A stretch of DNA of 64,000 bases from Synechococcus sp. (GCA_047285535.1 JBJBDC010000001.1:320136-384135); one strand, 5' to 3'. Positions 43,951-54,033 are shown, numbered from the stretch's first letter. Program-made: numbers and translations. Notes: generated by a model from the letters alone, not told the origin.

Positions 43951-44155
43951 CAAGGTTCCACCATTTTTGGAGTCCGAGAGAGGCGCTTTTTGTATTAATT
44001 AACTCTCAATAGCGTGTCCATTCTGGATGGCTCATTATTGTCATCGACTTGGTATTGATTGTTGCTGAACAGGTCACGATTGAGTGGCATCAATTGCTTC
44101 AGTTCCAGGGCCTCCCGGCTCCGAGGGACACTATGGATAGGTCTTCGCTGACGCT

Positions 44156-45832
44156 GTGCCGCTGAAACCCTTCGAAGCCATCGTGATCGGTTCAGGTGCA
44201 ACTGGAGGCGTTGCGGCGCAAACCCTTGCAGAAGCTGGAGTTCGGGTCCTGGTTGTTGAAGCAGGTCCAGCCCTCAGCGCCGATGAAGCCTTAGGTCGCG
44301 AACCCCAGAACAGCATGAGACGGGTTCGTGGACTGCTCAGCGGTCAGCACCGACGACAGGCTCAGCACCCTGGCTACTGGAAACACAATCCACGTCTTTA
44401 TGCCAATGAGCAGCACTATCCCTATTCCACACCAGAAGGCCAACCTTTTCTCTGGACACAGGGCCGACAAGTGGGTGGGCGCAGTCTGACCTGGGGTGGA
44501 ATCACGCTTCGACTCTCCGATCTGGAATTCAAAGCTGCAGAACGCGATGGCCACGGTTCTACGTGGCCGATCTCCCATGCAGATCTTGACCCCCATTACT
44601 CCTTTCTCGAGAGGCAATTTGCTGTTCATGGAAACAGAGATGGATTACCTCAGCTCCCTGATGGATGCACGACAGCTCCTCTGAGTTTCACCCCGGAAGA
44701 AGAGCGGTTAGCCAACGTTCTCAATGCTGAGCCTGATATCGAGATGATCCATTCGCGTGGTTTTTCATCTCATCAACCTTCATCTGAGTGTCCATGGCCT
44801 CCATCCAGCAGTCCTGGTAGCAGTCTCCAGAGGGCGCTCGCCACAGGCCGGGTGGAAATCCTGGCGGGACATCTAGCAGAGCGGCTGTTAATGCACAGAG
44901 ATCAAAGCCATGCTCGCGGAGTCTTGCTGATCGATCAGTCCAATGGGGAGAGAGTCGAGCTGGAGGCTTCGTTGGTCGTGTTGTGTGCTTCCACCATCGC
45001 TTCACTGCGATTTTTACTGCTGTCAGAGAGCTCCAGGACCGATCGAGGCTTTCATGATCCATCATCCAGCCTGGGCCACCATTTGATGGACCATGTCTCC
45101 ACCTGTCGCTTCTTCAAGGTCCCAAGCCTGAGTGGACGTCAATCTCTTCAGGATCGCGATCCAGAGCATCAGCTATCGGGTGCAGGCAGCTTTTTCCTTC
45201 CATTTGGGAGTCTGCCTCCGTCACGACAGGGACTCCTTCCTTTCCTTAGGGGGTATGGGCTTTGGGGCGCGATCAATCGCTTTGATCCTCCTGGGTGGTT
45301 GAAGCGTCATCCTGATTGCCGTCTGGGTTTTTTAATCGGGCATGGGGAAGTGCTTTCTTCAGATCAAAATCTCGTCACCCTGTCTGGAGAGGTGGATCGC
45401 TGGGGCGTTCCCATACCGCATATCTCAAGCCGTTGGGGGGCGAATGAAAAGGCGATGGTGGCGCACATGCACGTGATGATGAGCGAGGCCATTGCCCTGG
45501 GAGGGGGGGAGATGCAACCGCTTACAGACCTCGTGAAGATCCCGTTTCTCGAGCCTGTGGTCCGCAACATGGAGGCGATGAAAGGGGGCGCTCCTCCGCC
45601 CGGTTACTACGTGCATGAACTGGGTGGGGCTCCGATGGGGCACAAGGAGGAGTCGAGTGTTGTCGATGCTTGGAACCGTCTCTGGCGGTGCCCCAATGTC
45701 TTGGTGGTGGATGGTGCTTGCTGGCCTACATCAGCTTGGCAAAGTCCTACTTTGACGATGATGGCCGTTGCAAGACGAGCCTGTTTACAAGCGGTTTATG
45801 CCCGAGACTTTGTAAAAAGGTCATCGAGATAA
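44156..45832 (+). CDS. GMC-family FAD oxidoreductase
   Basis: IVIGSGATGG, VGGRSLTWG, LGHHLMDH, HELGGAPMG, NVLVVDGACWPT..SPTLTMMA. Confidence 0.9.
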   Translation: MPLKPFEAIVIGSGATGGVAAQTLAEAGVRVLVVEAGPALSADEALGREPQNSMRRVRGLLSGQHRRQAQHPGYWKHNPRLYANEQHYPYSTPEGQPFLWTQGRQVGGRSLTWGGITLRLSDLEFKAAERDGHGSTWPISHADLDPHYSFLERQFAVHGNRDGLPQLPDGCTTAPLSFTPEEERLANVLNAEPDIEMIHSRGFSSHQPSSECPWPPSSSPGSSLQRALATGRVEILAGHLAERLLMHRDQSHARGVLLIDQSNGERVELEASLVVLCASTIASLRFLLLSESSRTDRGFHDPSSSLGHHLMDHVSTCRFFKVPSLSGRQSLQDRDPEHQLSGAGSFFLPFGSLPPSRQGLLPFLRGYGLWGAINRFDPPGWLKRHPDCRLGFLIGHGEVLSSDQNLVTLSGEVDRWGVPIPHISSRWGANEKAMVAHMHVMMSEAIALGGGEMQPLTDLVKIPFLEPVVRNMEAMKGGAPPPGYYVHELGGAPMGHKEESSVVDAWNRLWRCPNVLVVDGACWPTSAWQSPTLTMMAVARRACLQAVYARDFVKRSSR

Positions 45833-46059
45833 CGCTCAGTAGCCGCTCTATCAGTACATCCATTCTGAACTAAAAACTGAGCAATGGCAGAACTCAGCAA
45901 TTGATATTGATCCCAATAAGGGTTTAAACCAATAAATTCTTTCATCCCGCGATAAAGAACTTCCGGGATTTCAGCTTCCATGCTCACGAAGGTCACAGCA
46001 TCATCACTGGGCGATTCAGCAGCAGGTTCAACGCAGGGTTTTAAGTGGTGTTGATCCAT
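45796..46059 (-). CDS. DUF2811 family protein
   Basis: SMEAEIPEVLYRGMKEFI..NPYWDQY..AIAQFLVQNG; start uncertain (46059 or 46092). Confidence 0.8.
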   Translation of the reverse strand: MDQHHLKPCVEPAAESPSDDAVTFVSMEAEIPEVLYRGMKEFIGLNPYWDQYQLLSSAIAQFLVQNGCTDRAATERYLDDLFTKSRA

Positions 46060-46458
46060 GCTGTTTCGACAAACTTTTGCGGGGAACGTCACCTAGGAAG
46101 ACACATGAAGGCGGTTGGCGTCAAAGCTGTATCAATGGACACCATTAAGCAGCTGCGAAGTTGAGAACCCTTCCAGGCCAGTCGATTACAGAGAGGGCAA
46201 ATCGTTCGATTTCAACTCGAAACTGAGACTCATCGCACTGTCAAGTGCAAATGAGGCCAATATCGAAAACCCACAGGCTTTGAGCAACCAGGCCAGATCC
46301 AATGCATCAGCCCGTGGAAAACAGGGCTAATTCTGTGGAAAACCACGGAACATACGTGTTGACTGCTGATTGATTAGCCTCGCTTATAACGACAAGTATC
46401 TTTGGACTCTGTGTAAGACAGGCCGCGGAATATCAGGGGCTGCAAATAGTTCAAAAGC

Positions 46459-47577
46459 TCAGCGGCTCTGGGGTCGTGGGGACTCTGTCATTGAGTCCCC
46501 CTGGGGGCCTCGAAGGGTGCTGGGACCTAAGGGATGTTCTGCGTGCGGGTAGGGGTGATGCCCATGCCCATGGGGGTGATCGTGATCGAGATGGGAGTGA
46601 TGCTGATGTGCCCCTCCAAGCGGAATGGGCACACCATCAGGCTGACAAGCACCGGTGCATTCGCGCTCACAAAGATCGCAGCCATCGGTCAGGCCCTCCA
46701 CGTGGTGATGATGGCTGGCCTGGGCCAGCCCTACCTCAGTCTCAAAACCCAGAACCTGGGTTCTGTATTTGCAGAGAGAGCAGTTCATCGCTGTCTCACC
46801 ACCCAGTACTTCATCCACACGCTCAACAAACGTGTCTTGGACCTTGGCGTGGTCTCCAAGGTAGGAGGCATGCAGAAATTGGACGTCTGGATGATCGTTG
46901 GCGACGCGCTCACTGTGCTGGCGAATCCTGGTGACGAGAACACCAGAAAAAAGGAAATAAGGGAAAATGATGATCCGCTTGAAGCCCAGACGCACCAGAT
47001 GCCGCAGTCCTGGCTCAACCAGAGGAAAGGTGACTCCTGAATAAACGGTTTCGCCCCAGCCGAATCCAAACCCCTCCACCAACATCCGGGTCACTTTGGC
47101 GACATTGGAATTGGCGTCGGGATCGGAAGATCCGCGTCCTACGACCACAAGCATCGTTTCAGACAGGGGAACCTCTTGGTCTGTCTCTAAGGCTTCTTGG
47201 ATACGAGCGCCTGCTGCAGCGATCATTAACCGATCAACCCCCAATTCCCGGCCATAATCGATCTGTAAACCCGTTTCAGCGCTGTAGGTATTCAGCACTG
47301 AGGGAATGTCATTCTTCGCGTGTCCTGCAGCAAACAACATCGCAGGAATGGCCAATACCTTGTTCACCCCTCGCTCTCTTAATCGATCCAAACCATCTCG
47401 AAGAATTGGACTGGCAAATTCCAGAAAACCATGCTCAACAGGGATCGGACTCATGCGCTGTCGCAGTCCAGTGGCGAGACGTTCAAACTCCTCAACCGCT
47501 AAACGATTCCTGCTTCCATGGCCACAAATCAAGACGCCGTAGGGCGATGGTTGCTCTGCAATCGGATCTGAACTCAC
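46459..47577 (-). CDS. cbiX: Sirohydrochlorin cobaltochelatase
   Basis: GHGSR, GFLEF, GHAKNDIP, GRGSSDPDAN, MNCSLCKYR and His-rich C-terminus. Confidence 0.92.
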   Translation of the reverse strand: MSSDPIAEQPSPYGVLICGHGSRNRLAVEEFERLATGLRQRMSPIPVEHGFLEFASPILRDGLDRLRERGVNKVLAIPAMLFAAGHAKNDIPSVLNTYSAETGLQIDYGRELGVDRLMIAAAGARIQEALETDQEVPLSETMLVVVGRGSSDPDANSNVAKVTRMLVEGFGFGWGETVYSGVTFPLVEPGLRHLVRLGFKRIIIFPYFLFSGVLVTRIRQHSERVANDHPDVQFLHASYLGDHAKVQDTFVERVDEVLGGETAMNCSLCKYRTQVLGFETEVGLAQASHHHHVEGLTDGCDLCERECTGACQPDGVPIPLGGAHQHHSHLDHDHPHGHGHHPYPHAEHPLGPSTLRGPQGDSMTESPRPQSR

Positions 47578-47613
47578 GCAGTTCGTTCCACTATCACGAC
47601 ACTATCCTCAGCA

Positions 47614-48969
47614 GTGTTGATAGCGCTGAACGGTCTTGCTCCGACTACCGGCGTGCATGGGAGCCATCACGTGTCTAGGCATGCCGCACTTTGGAATCCG
47701 TTGGCGGAGGACTCCAACCCCGCCGGATGGTTGGCCCCTGATGAGAGCACCATCTCCAACCTGCTTGGCCAGGGAATTCAGCCAACACCAGTCTTGGTTT
47801 GCTCCGGAGGCACGAGCAGTCGCTGCGCAGCGGATGATCTTTGGACACTGGATTTGAGGCCTCAGCATCGTCAGTTGCTGATCAGCGCAGATGGCAAGGA
47901 CGTTGAGATTGGTGCCGGTCTCACCATGGCCGAGGTGTTACAGGCCCTTCAACGACAAGGTCGTTCCATACCGGTAGGGCTGTCCAGCATTCCAGGTTGC
48001 GGCTTCATTCTCACAGGTGGAGTCGGACCTCTCAGTCGCTCTCAAGGTCTTGCCCTTGATCAGGTGGTGGGAATGCGAGGTGTGTGGGGCAATGGCACAA
48101 CGTTTGACATGGCCCTGCCAAGGCACGATCCTGCCCAGCGCAGCGCCATGGCTCGTGGTCCTTGCTATGGCCAGGAGTGGAGAGGGCTGCTTGGTGCGGC
48201 TCCATTCCTCGCCGTTGTCACGGCGATTCGCTTACGCACGCAGGTGCTCAAACCCCTTGCGGTTTGGCGTGGCGTCTGCAGTACTCAACAGCTCGCCATG
48301 GCGATTGAGATTGCGGAACAATGGCCCCATGGCGCCAGTTTGCAGTGGGCCTGGAGCGAACGGATCGAGATCTTCGTTGTTTGTTGTGCTGATGATTCAG
48401 CTGCGATGAATGCGATGGAAAGGCTGCGCAGGCTGCTGGGCAACAGCGCTGATTCCTGCTTGACGATGGTGCCAGGCCAACATGCCCAGCCCGAGTTTGG
48501 AACACTCGCCAGATCTGGATCCGTGATGGGTCGCATCCACCGCGAAGTGATCAGCAGGCTGGGGCCAGGCTGGGGCCAGCGGACGCCTGAACTGATTGCT
48601 GAACTCAATCAACTGATCAGGGATCGCCCTCACCCTGGATGTCAAATCAGTGCCCAGCAGCTTGGTGCTAAGAGTGCACAGGTCCCAGTGGAGAGCACAT
48701 CATTCATCCACCGCGCTGCGATCTGGAAACCTTGGATCAGCGCCGTTTGGAATGCAAATGACCAAGAAGGACGCGAACGCGCATTGCATTGGCTTGATCA
48801 AGCCAACACCTTGCTCACTCAATCCTGTCCAGGCGTTCACTTGGCTCAGATCCATCCACACTTGTCATGCCATCAGCAAGAACTGGATGAAGCCTTCGCC
48901 GACTGGCTTCCAGGCCTCAAACAATTAAAAGCGAAGCTTGATCCCAACGGGAACCTGCCAGCCCTTTGA
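47614..48969 (+). CDS. FAD-binding oxidoreductase (VAO/BBE-like)
   Basis: VEIGAG, GGVGPLSRSQGLALDQV, LKQLKAKLDP; start uncertain. Confidence 0.78.
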   Translation: MLIALNGLAPTTGVHGSHHVSRHAALWNPLAEDSNPAGWLAPDESTISNLLGQGIQPTPVLVCSGGTSSRCAADDLWTLDLRPQHRQLLISADGKDVEIGAGLTMAEVLQALQRQGRSIPVGLSSIPGCGFILTGGVGPLSRSQGLALDQVVGMRGVWGNGTTFDMALPRHDPAQRSAMARGPCYGQEWRGLLGAAPFLAVVTAIRLRTQVLKPLAVWRGVCSTQQLAMAIEIAEQWPHGASLQWAWSERIEIFVVCCADDSAAMNAMERLRRLLGNSADSCLTMVPGQHAQPEFGTLARSGSVMGRIHREVISRLGPGWGQRTPELIAELNQLIRDRPHPGCQISAQQLGAKSAQVPVESTSFIHRAAIWKPWISAVWNANDQEGRERALHWLDQANTLLTQSCPGVHLAQIHPHLSCHQQELDEAFADWLPGLKQLKAKLDPNGNLPAL

Positions 48970-48996
48970 CAGACGCTGCTTGAGGTGAAACCTCTC

Positions 48997-49039
48997 TTCG
49001 CCCTCCATCCATTCGCCTTCATCGATTCGCCTCCATCTA
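48997..49039. repeat. Imperfect 14-15-bp tandem repeat, 3 copies
   Basis: TTCGCCCTCCATCCA TTCGCCTTCATCGA TTCGCCTCCATCTA. Confidence 0.7.
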
Positions 49040-49095
49040 ACGGTGTTGCCCTCTGCAGGAGGGAGTTTCAGCGTTACGGGAAGCCTGGACATAAT

Positions 49096-49118
49096 AAAAA
49101 ACCCCGCCTGTGGCGGGG
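49096..49118 (-). terminator. Rho-independent terminator of the DUF4278 gene
   Basis: Minus strand CCCCGCC-ACA-GGCGGGG-TTTTTT. Confidence 0.85.
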
Positions 49119-49140
49119 CTGTTCCCTGTGAGCACTGAGC

Positions 49141-49248
49141 TCACTTGGTGTATGACAAGCCGCGATAGGTGAGAAGCGTTTTCTTCGTTGAATCGAAGCC
49201 AGCCCCTTGGAGCTGCACGTACTTCTTGCCGCGATAGGTGAGAGTCAT
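49141..49248 (-). CDS. DUF4278 family small protein (GifB/IF17-related), 35 aa
   Basis: MTLTYRGKKYVQLQGAGFDSTKKTLLTYRGLSYTK with a duplicated LTYRG motif; GAGG upstream; lies downstream of the riboswitch. Confidence 0.88.
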   Translation of the reverse strand: MTLTYRGKKYVQLQGAGFDSTKKTLLTYRGLSYTK

Positions 49249-49266
49249 TTGAGGTTCCTCAGAAAT

Positions 49267-49321
49267 CCAGGTCCCCGTTCCGTGGCCTGGCAGTCTGCGC
49301 CTCACGGATGTGAGGTGAACG
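49267..49321 (-). ncRNA. Glutamine-II (Downstream-peptide) riboswitch
   Basis: CGUUC-A-CCUCAC-AUCC-GUGAGG-CGCAGACUG-CCAGG-CCACG-GAACG-GGGA-CCUGG: P1 CGUUC/GAACG, P2 hairpin, CCAGG/CCUGG pseudoknot. Confidence 0.85.
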
Positions 49322-49325
49322 TTGT

Positions 49326-49339
49326 GTAGCGGTTGCTAC
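49326..49339. promoter_or_regulatory. NtcA binding site
   Basis: GTAGCGGTTGCTAC (GTA-N8-TAC, near-palindromic) directly before the riboswitch; a weaker site GTTCAGAGTGATAC at 49375-49388. Confidence 0.75.
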
Positions 49340-49438
49340 TTCACCTTTATAGCCAGACAGTCAACCCGTGAGTAGTTCAGAGTGATACAAGAATGGGGAT
49401 GGCTTTGGAATGGTGTTCCCGGCTCAAGCCGAAAAAAG

Positions 49439-49459
49439 AAAACCCCGCCTGTGGCGGGG
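49439..49459 (-). terminator. Rho-independent terminator identical to the one at 49098-49118
   Basis: AAAACCCCGCCTGTGGCGGGG repeated exactly. Confidence 0.8.
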
Positions 49460-49643
49460 AAAGGTGTTCATGCTTGCCAAGCATCAGACAGGGTGTTGTG
49501 CAATGACGCACTGTTGATAAGGATGCGTCATGTATCGGCCAAGGTTGTGATATTGATTTCGCGACGCATGATCCTGAATTTTGTCGTTGTGGCTTTGAAC
49601 GCTTTATGCATTCAGTGTGATCAAGTTGGCCCAGCGAGAAGTC

Positions 49644-50675
49644 TTACTGATCAGGAGAAGCAGCATTCTCTAAGTATATTGTTTGCGTTGGGTATGCAAA
49701 ATTAATTCCATGCTTGTCAAATGATTCCATGATTTGAAGGTTGATCTGTTGCTGAGCATCCATTGCAATAATGTAGTCTTTAGTGTCGATATAGTAAACA
49801 AGCTCAAAGTTAAGACTTGAGTCAGCAAATTCAACAAAATGGCAACGGTCAAAAGATGCGTGTTCAGTGCTGTTGACTGCCGAAGCAATCAAATCTGGAA
49901 TCATCGCCATGAGCTCTGTGCTCGTGTCATACGTCACGCCTATTTTATAAATCAGTCGACGCCTAGGCATATCGGCAAAGTTAGAAATCACGCCACTTGT
50001 TAAAGACGAGTTGCTCATCACTACAATCTCTCCGCGCACGCTACGTAAGCGAGTCGACCTCACGCCGATGTTTTCAACGGTTGCCCATATGGAATCAATA
50101 TTGATGAATTGACCAACGCGAAATGGTTTGTCCACGATAATCATAAAGTAAGCAAATAACTCCATGGCTGGATCTTTGAGAGCGAGGCCAATTCCAATGC
50201 CACCGGCACTAAGTAAGGCCCATATGGCCGCTAACTGCATTCCTAAGCTTTGCAGGTAAATCAACGCACCGACCATCCAAACCATGGCCCGTATCACCGG
50301 CATCAGCGACACGTACATCACGTGAAGTTCGTCATCACCTGTTCGGCGCACCACACCCTGCATAAAGCGAGCTGCGATTCGATTGAAAAAGCGAATCGCT
50401 ACGACAACAATGACAAGACGAACTAAAGCCTGATAAGCAGTATTGACATTCGGCTCCAGTGGTAAATCATCGCGAATCAGCGTGAGTGCCACGACAACGC
50501 CTATTGGAATCGCCAAGTCGGCAATACACTTCAATAAAAAATCATCAAAACTAGTGGCTGAATGGTGTGTAAATCTGGGCAAAATTCGCACGCAAAATAA
50601 CCAAATCATCAATGTGCACAAAGCACCGAGTCCGATCTGTAAGACGATCGTCAAGGCCAAGGTCATCCAGTTCAT
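49644..50675 (-). CDS. mscS: Small-conductance mechanosensitive channel
   Basis: GIGIGLALKD, DKPFRVG, IGVRSTRLR, GVTYDT, FADSSLNFEL, GINFAYPTQT. Confidence 0.9.
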   Translation of the reverse strand: MNWMTLALTIVLQIGLGALCTLMIWLFCVRILPRFTHHSATSFDDFLLKCIADLAIPIGVVVALTLIRDDLPLEPNVNTAYQALVRLVIVVVAIRFFNRIAARFMQGVVRRTGDDELHVMYVSLMPVIRAMVWMVGALIYLQSLGMQLAAIWALLSAGGIGIGLALKDPAMELFAYFMIIVDKPFRVGQFINIDSIWATVENIGVRSTRLRSVRGEIVVMSNSSLTSGVISNFADMPRRRLIYKIGVTYDTSTELMAMIPDLIASAVNSTEHASFDRCHFVEFADSSLNFELVYYIDTKDYIIAMDAQQQINLQIMESFDKHGINFAYPTQTIYLENAASPDQ

Positions 50676-52003
50676 GCAATTCGTTGGATTTTGATGACCA
50701 TTGCTTGATTGTGCAAGGCTCTGTTCTTGATCAGCAACCTAGAGGTGAGATCGACGTGAGATCCACCTGATGCCTCCCTCTAGATGTCGTTGTCTTGAGA
50801 AGTTCCTAGCTTTAAAGAAGAACTAACAATGTCTATTGCTTTTTTAAAATACTGAGTTTACTTAAAATTAGCGTTTTTCTCATTGGTTTTAATCACGAAT
50901 AGACAAAATATTCTCACCACAGCTTGATCTTTGGTTTTGAAGGTCTTTTAACGAGGCATGTATTCCTCGACGCATGGTTGTGATTTCTGAAGCCAGTCTG
51001 AGATCAAACGCATGCAATTGAACGATAGTTGGATCTACGACTTCATCACTGCCGCTAGGCACTAGACAATCTCAAGACCCTTTAAGGCAATTGCATTCCG
51101 CCAAAATTCCCTGCGCTGGGTAATGATCTTGATGATGTATTGGCAGCTCTTGCTTTTGTACAGGTCTTGTTCTCTAGGCGCAGTTTTGATTGCCCTGCAT
51201 CACCTTGCCCGGCCCGTTGAACACCCTTATCAGTGAACGGTTGCCTCATTCCTCAGGGTTTCCGTTTCTATCCGGCCGGGTAGTGGGGGTTCTAGGCATA
51301 GGATCCCCAACCCTTCATGACCCTAAGCGAGCTTTGCCTTGCTGCCTTAGCAAGAACCCATTGATCTGATCATCCTTGAGCGGACTGCACAGAAGGTTGA
51401 TGAGCATTCAGGCCTAGAAGGCCTGGCGGTTCGGGCACAACACACCAACAACCAGAGCCCTGTGGGTTGAGGTCAAGGCCAGATCATGAGGCAGCACTGG
51501 CCAGCTAGTGGTTCGCAGGATGCTCAGGCAAAACACGCCTAAAGCCTGGGACACAATGGCCTGCCAAGTGGTGATCAACTCACCTAGTTCCTCGCCGCAA
51601 AGCAGCCGCGATGATCAGCTCACTGCAGCATGTTTGCCCCTTTTTGAACCTCTGTGGACAGACCGCCGCCAGCGTGCGTCTGGAAGCGCAAGCCGGATCC
51701 TGAACATCTTTAGACCTCAGCTCCCAAGCAGCTCTTGGCATCGAAACCTTGGACTGAGCACCTCGAGTGAGCGCGCGGTGTCGACGCCTTCTCTTCACAT
51801 CATTCAGGCAGAGCTGCGGTAACCTTCGGCGCCTGCCTGGATGCCCTCCGAAAGGATTTGCTGCTCTTGTCCATCGCAGAGGATGATGAGCCGATGTCCA
51901 CTTTCTTGCCCTAAGCAAAAGAAGGGACACCGTCAAAAGTAAGTCATAGACAAGGATATTCAGCATTAACACGTTTCCTCAAAAGACAGTGGTCGTAACG
52001 CCC

Positions 52004-53575
52004 ATGGCAACCTCTCCCTCGATGGGGCTGCAGCACTGGTTCAGCAATCCAAGACGAGATGTTCTCTCCGGCCTGGTTGTGGCCTTCGCCATGATCCCCG
52101 AAGCGATCGCGTTCTCGGGGATTGCAGGGGTTGATCCCAGAGTTGGATTGTTTGGTGCCTTCTGCCTCTCCGTCACCATTGCCTTTGTTGGTGGTCGAAC
52201 GGCGATGATCACCTCCGCTACCGGATCAACGGCTCTGTTGATGACCGGCTTGGTGGCCACAGGAAATGCAAGAGGTGAAGGATTGGGGCTTGCTTATCTG
52301 ATGGCAGCAGGCCTTCTCACCGGTGTCTTTCAAATTCTCTGGGGATATTTGCGTCTGGCCTACCAGATGAGGTTCGTCCCTTTAGGTGTCTTAAGCGGAT
52401 TTGTGAATGCTCTCGCACTCTTGATCTTTCAAGCTCAACTTCCTCAATTGGGCATTAACCTTCACTTTGGTGAGGCTGGACATGAGCCTGCCCTTCACGT
52501 GTTGCATGGTCATCAGATTCCAGTGGTTTGGTCTCTTGTCTTGCTTGGCCTGATCATCATTTATGGTCTGCCGCGCATCACCCGTGCCCTGCCCTCACAG
52601 CTTGTAGCCATCATTGTGATTACAGGCATCAGTATGAGTTTGAATCTCGATATTCCAAAGGTGATGAATCTTGGAGAGCTTCCTGATGGTCTCCCTACGT
52701 TCCACCTTCCATTCGGTGCCATTGTTGATCAGAAAGTGCCTTTCAATCTGGAAACATTTGGAATTGTTTTGCCCACTGCTTTGTCGATCTCATTGGTGGG
52801 ATTGATGGAAACTTTTCTCACTCAAGATATTCTTGATGAGAGAACAGATTCAAACTCAAATAAAAATACCGAGGCGAAAGGCCAAGGAATCGCCAATATT
52901 GTGTCCTCCTTGTTTGGCGGGATGGCTGGATGTGCTCTTGTGGGCCAATCTGTGATGAACATCGATAACGGTGGCAGAACTCGTCTATCAACACTCTTCT
53001 CTGGTATCAGCCTCCTGGCCATGATCTTGCTTGCCAGTGCATGGCTGAAGCAGATTCCCATGGCTGCTCTCGTGGCTGTGATGATCGGCATCGCTGTGAG
53101 TACAGCTGACCTGGCAGGGTTACGCAATATTCGTAATCTTCCCAAAAGTGATGTGGCCGTCATGGTGATGACCTTTGCTGTCACCATGCTGACCACGCCC
53201 CATAATCTTGCGCTTGGTGTGCTTGCAGGTGTTGCTCTGGCTGGTCTTTTATTCAGCCGCAAAGTAGCCAAAGTGATCCGCGTGGAGGCTGTGAAAATCA
53301 ATGATGATGAATGCCGCTATGTGGTGCGTGGGCAATTGTTCTTTGTGAGCAAGGTGTATTTTCTCCAGGGCTTTGATCTTCACGACCATCCCGCCAGAAT
53401 CACCATCGATATGAGCCAGGCGCATGTTTGGGATCAGAGTGGAGTCGCCGCACTGAATCAACTCATTCGCAAGCTCAGACTGGGAGGCTCAGTGGTGAAT
53501 GTCGAGGGATTAAATCAGGAAAGCCTCAATCTTTTTGAACGGATTGGTAGTCAGCCTGAAGGTGGTCATGGCTAG
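52004..53575 (+). CDS. SulP-family anion transporter with STAS domain
   Basis: [54 protein letters not shown]. Confidence 0.9.
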   Translation: MATSPSMGLQHWFSNPRRDVLSGLVVAFAMIPEAIAFSGIAGVDPRVGLFGAFCLSVTIAFVGGRTAMITSATGSTALLMTGLVATGNARGEGLGLAYLMAAGLLTGVFQILWGYLRLAYQMRFVPLGVLSGFVNALALLIFQAQLPQLGINLHFGEAGHEPALHVLHGHQIPVVWSLVLLGLIIIYGLPRITRALPSQLVAIIVITGISMSLNLDIPKVMNLGELPDGLPTFHLPFGAIVDQKVPFNLETFGIVLPTALSISLVGLMETFLTQDILDERTDSNSNKNTEAKGQGIANIVSSLFGGMAGCALVGQSVMNIDNGGRTRLSTLFSGISLLAMILLASAWLKQIPMAALVAVMIGIAVSTADLAGLRNIRNLPKSDVAVMVMTFAVTMLTTPHNLALGVLAGVALAGLLFSRKVAKVIRVEAVKINDDECRYVVRGQLFFVSKVYFLQGFDLHDHPARITIDMSQAHVWDQSGVAALNQLIRKLRLGGSVVNVEGLNQESLNLFERIGSQPEGGHG

Positions 53576-53599
53576 GTCATCAATTCATATGATTTTTAT

Positions 53600-53923
53600 T
53601 TATTTCTTGTTATAAAGAATTGCCAGACAGTTCTTCAGGTCATTTCTCATGCCATTGAGACGTTTTTGCATCTTGGTATCGTTCGGATTCAACTGGACGT
53701 AGCGAGCCGTCACGTCGTTACCGATACTCATGATCAGGCAGAGCGTCTCCAGATCACCTGTTTCCACTGCCCTCATCTGAGCTCCCTCAAGCATCACTTT
53801 TAAAACAGCCATTTTGTTGTGGTAAGCCTGTTCATCACTTTCTTGCCAAGACCATGCGCAGGGGGCAGTCCCAAGCAAAATCACTGTCAAAACCAAAGAA
53901 GATCCGATCAGAGTTCGCATCAT
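53600..53923 (-). CDS. Hypothetical secreted protein
   Basis: Signal peptide followed by a helical domain with a Cys pair. Confidence 0.6.
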   Translation of the reverse strand: MMRTLIGSSLVLTVILLGTAPCAWSWQESDEQAYHNKMAVLKVMLEGAQMRAVETGDLETLCLIMSIGNDVTARYVQLNPNDTKMQKRLNGMRNDLKNCLAILYNKK

Positions 53924-54033
53924 CTGGCTGTATACGAACGCATCAGAAAGTTAAACCTGTCGTTGACTTTATAAGGAAAAATAGCGCTCAACAGCAAGTT
54001 CTGACACACTTGACCTTCAAAAGAGATTATTTG

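Noticed and set aside
51508..51972. Overlapping opposite-strand ORFs upstream of the SulP gene
   Set aside because: Neither shows recognisable protein features, so I could not choose or support one
52004..53575. Naming the SulP transporter bicA
   Set aside because: The family is clear but the substrate and orthology cannot be determined from the visible motifs
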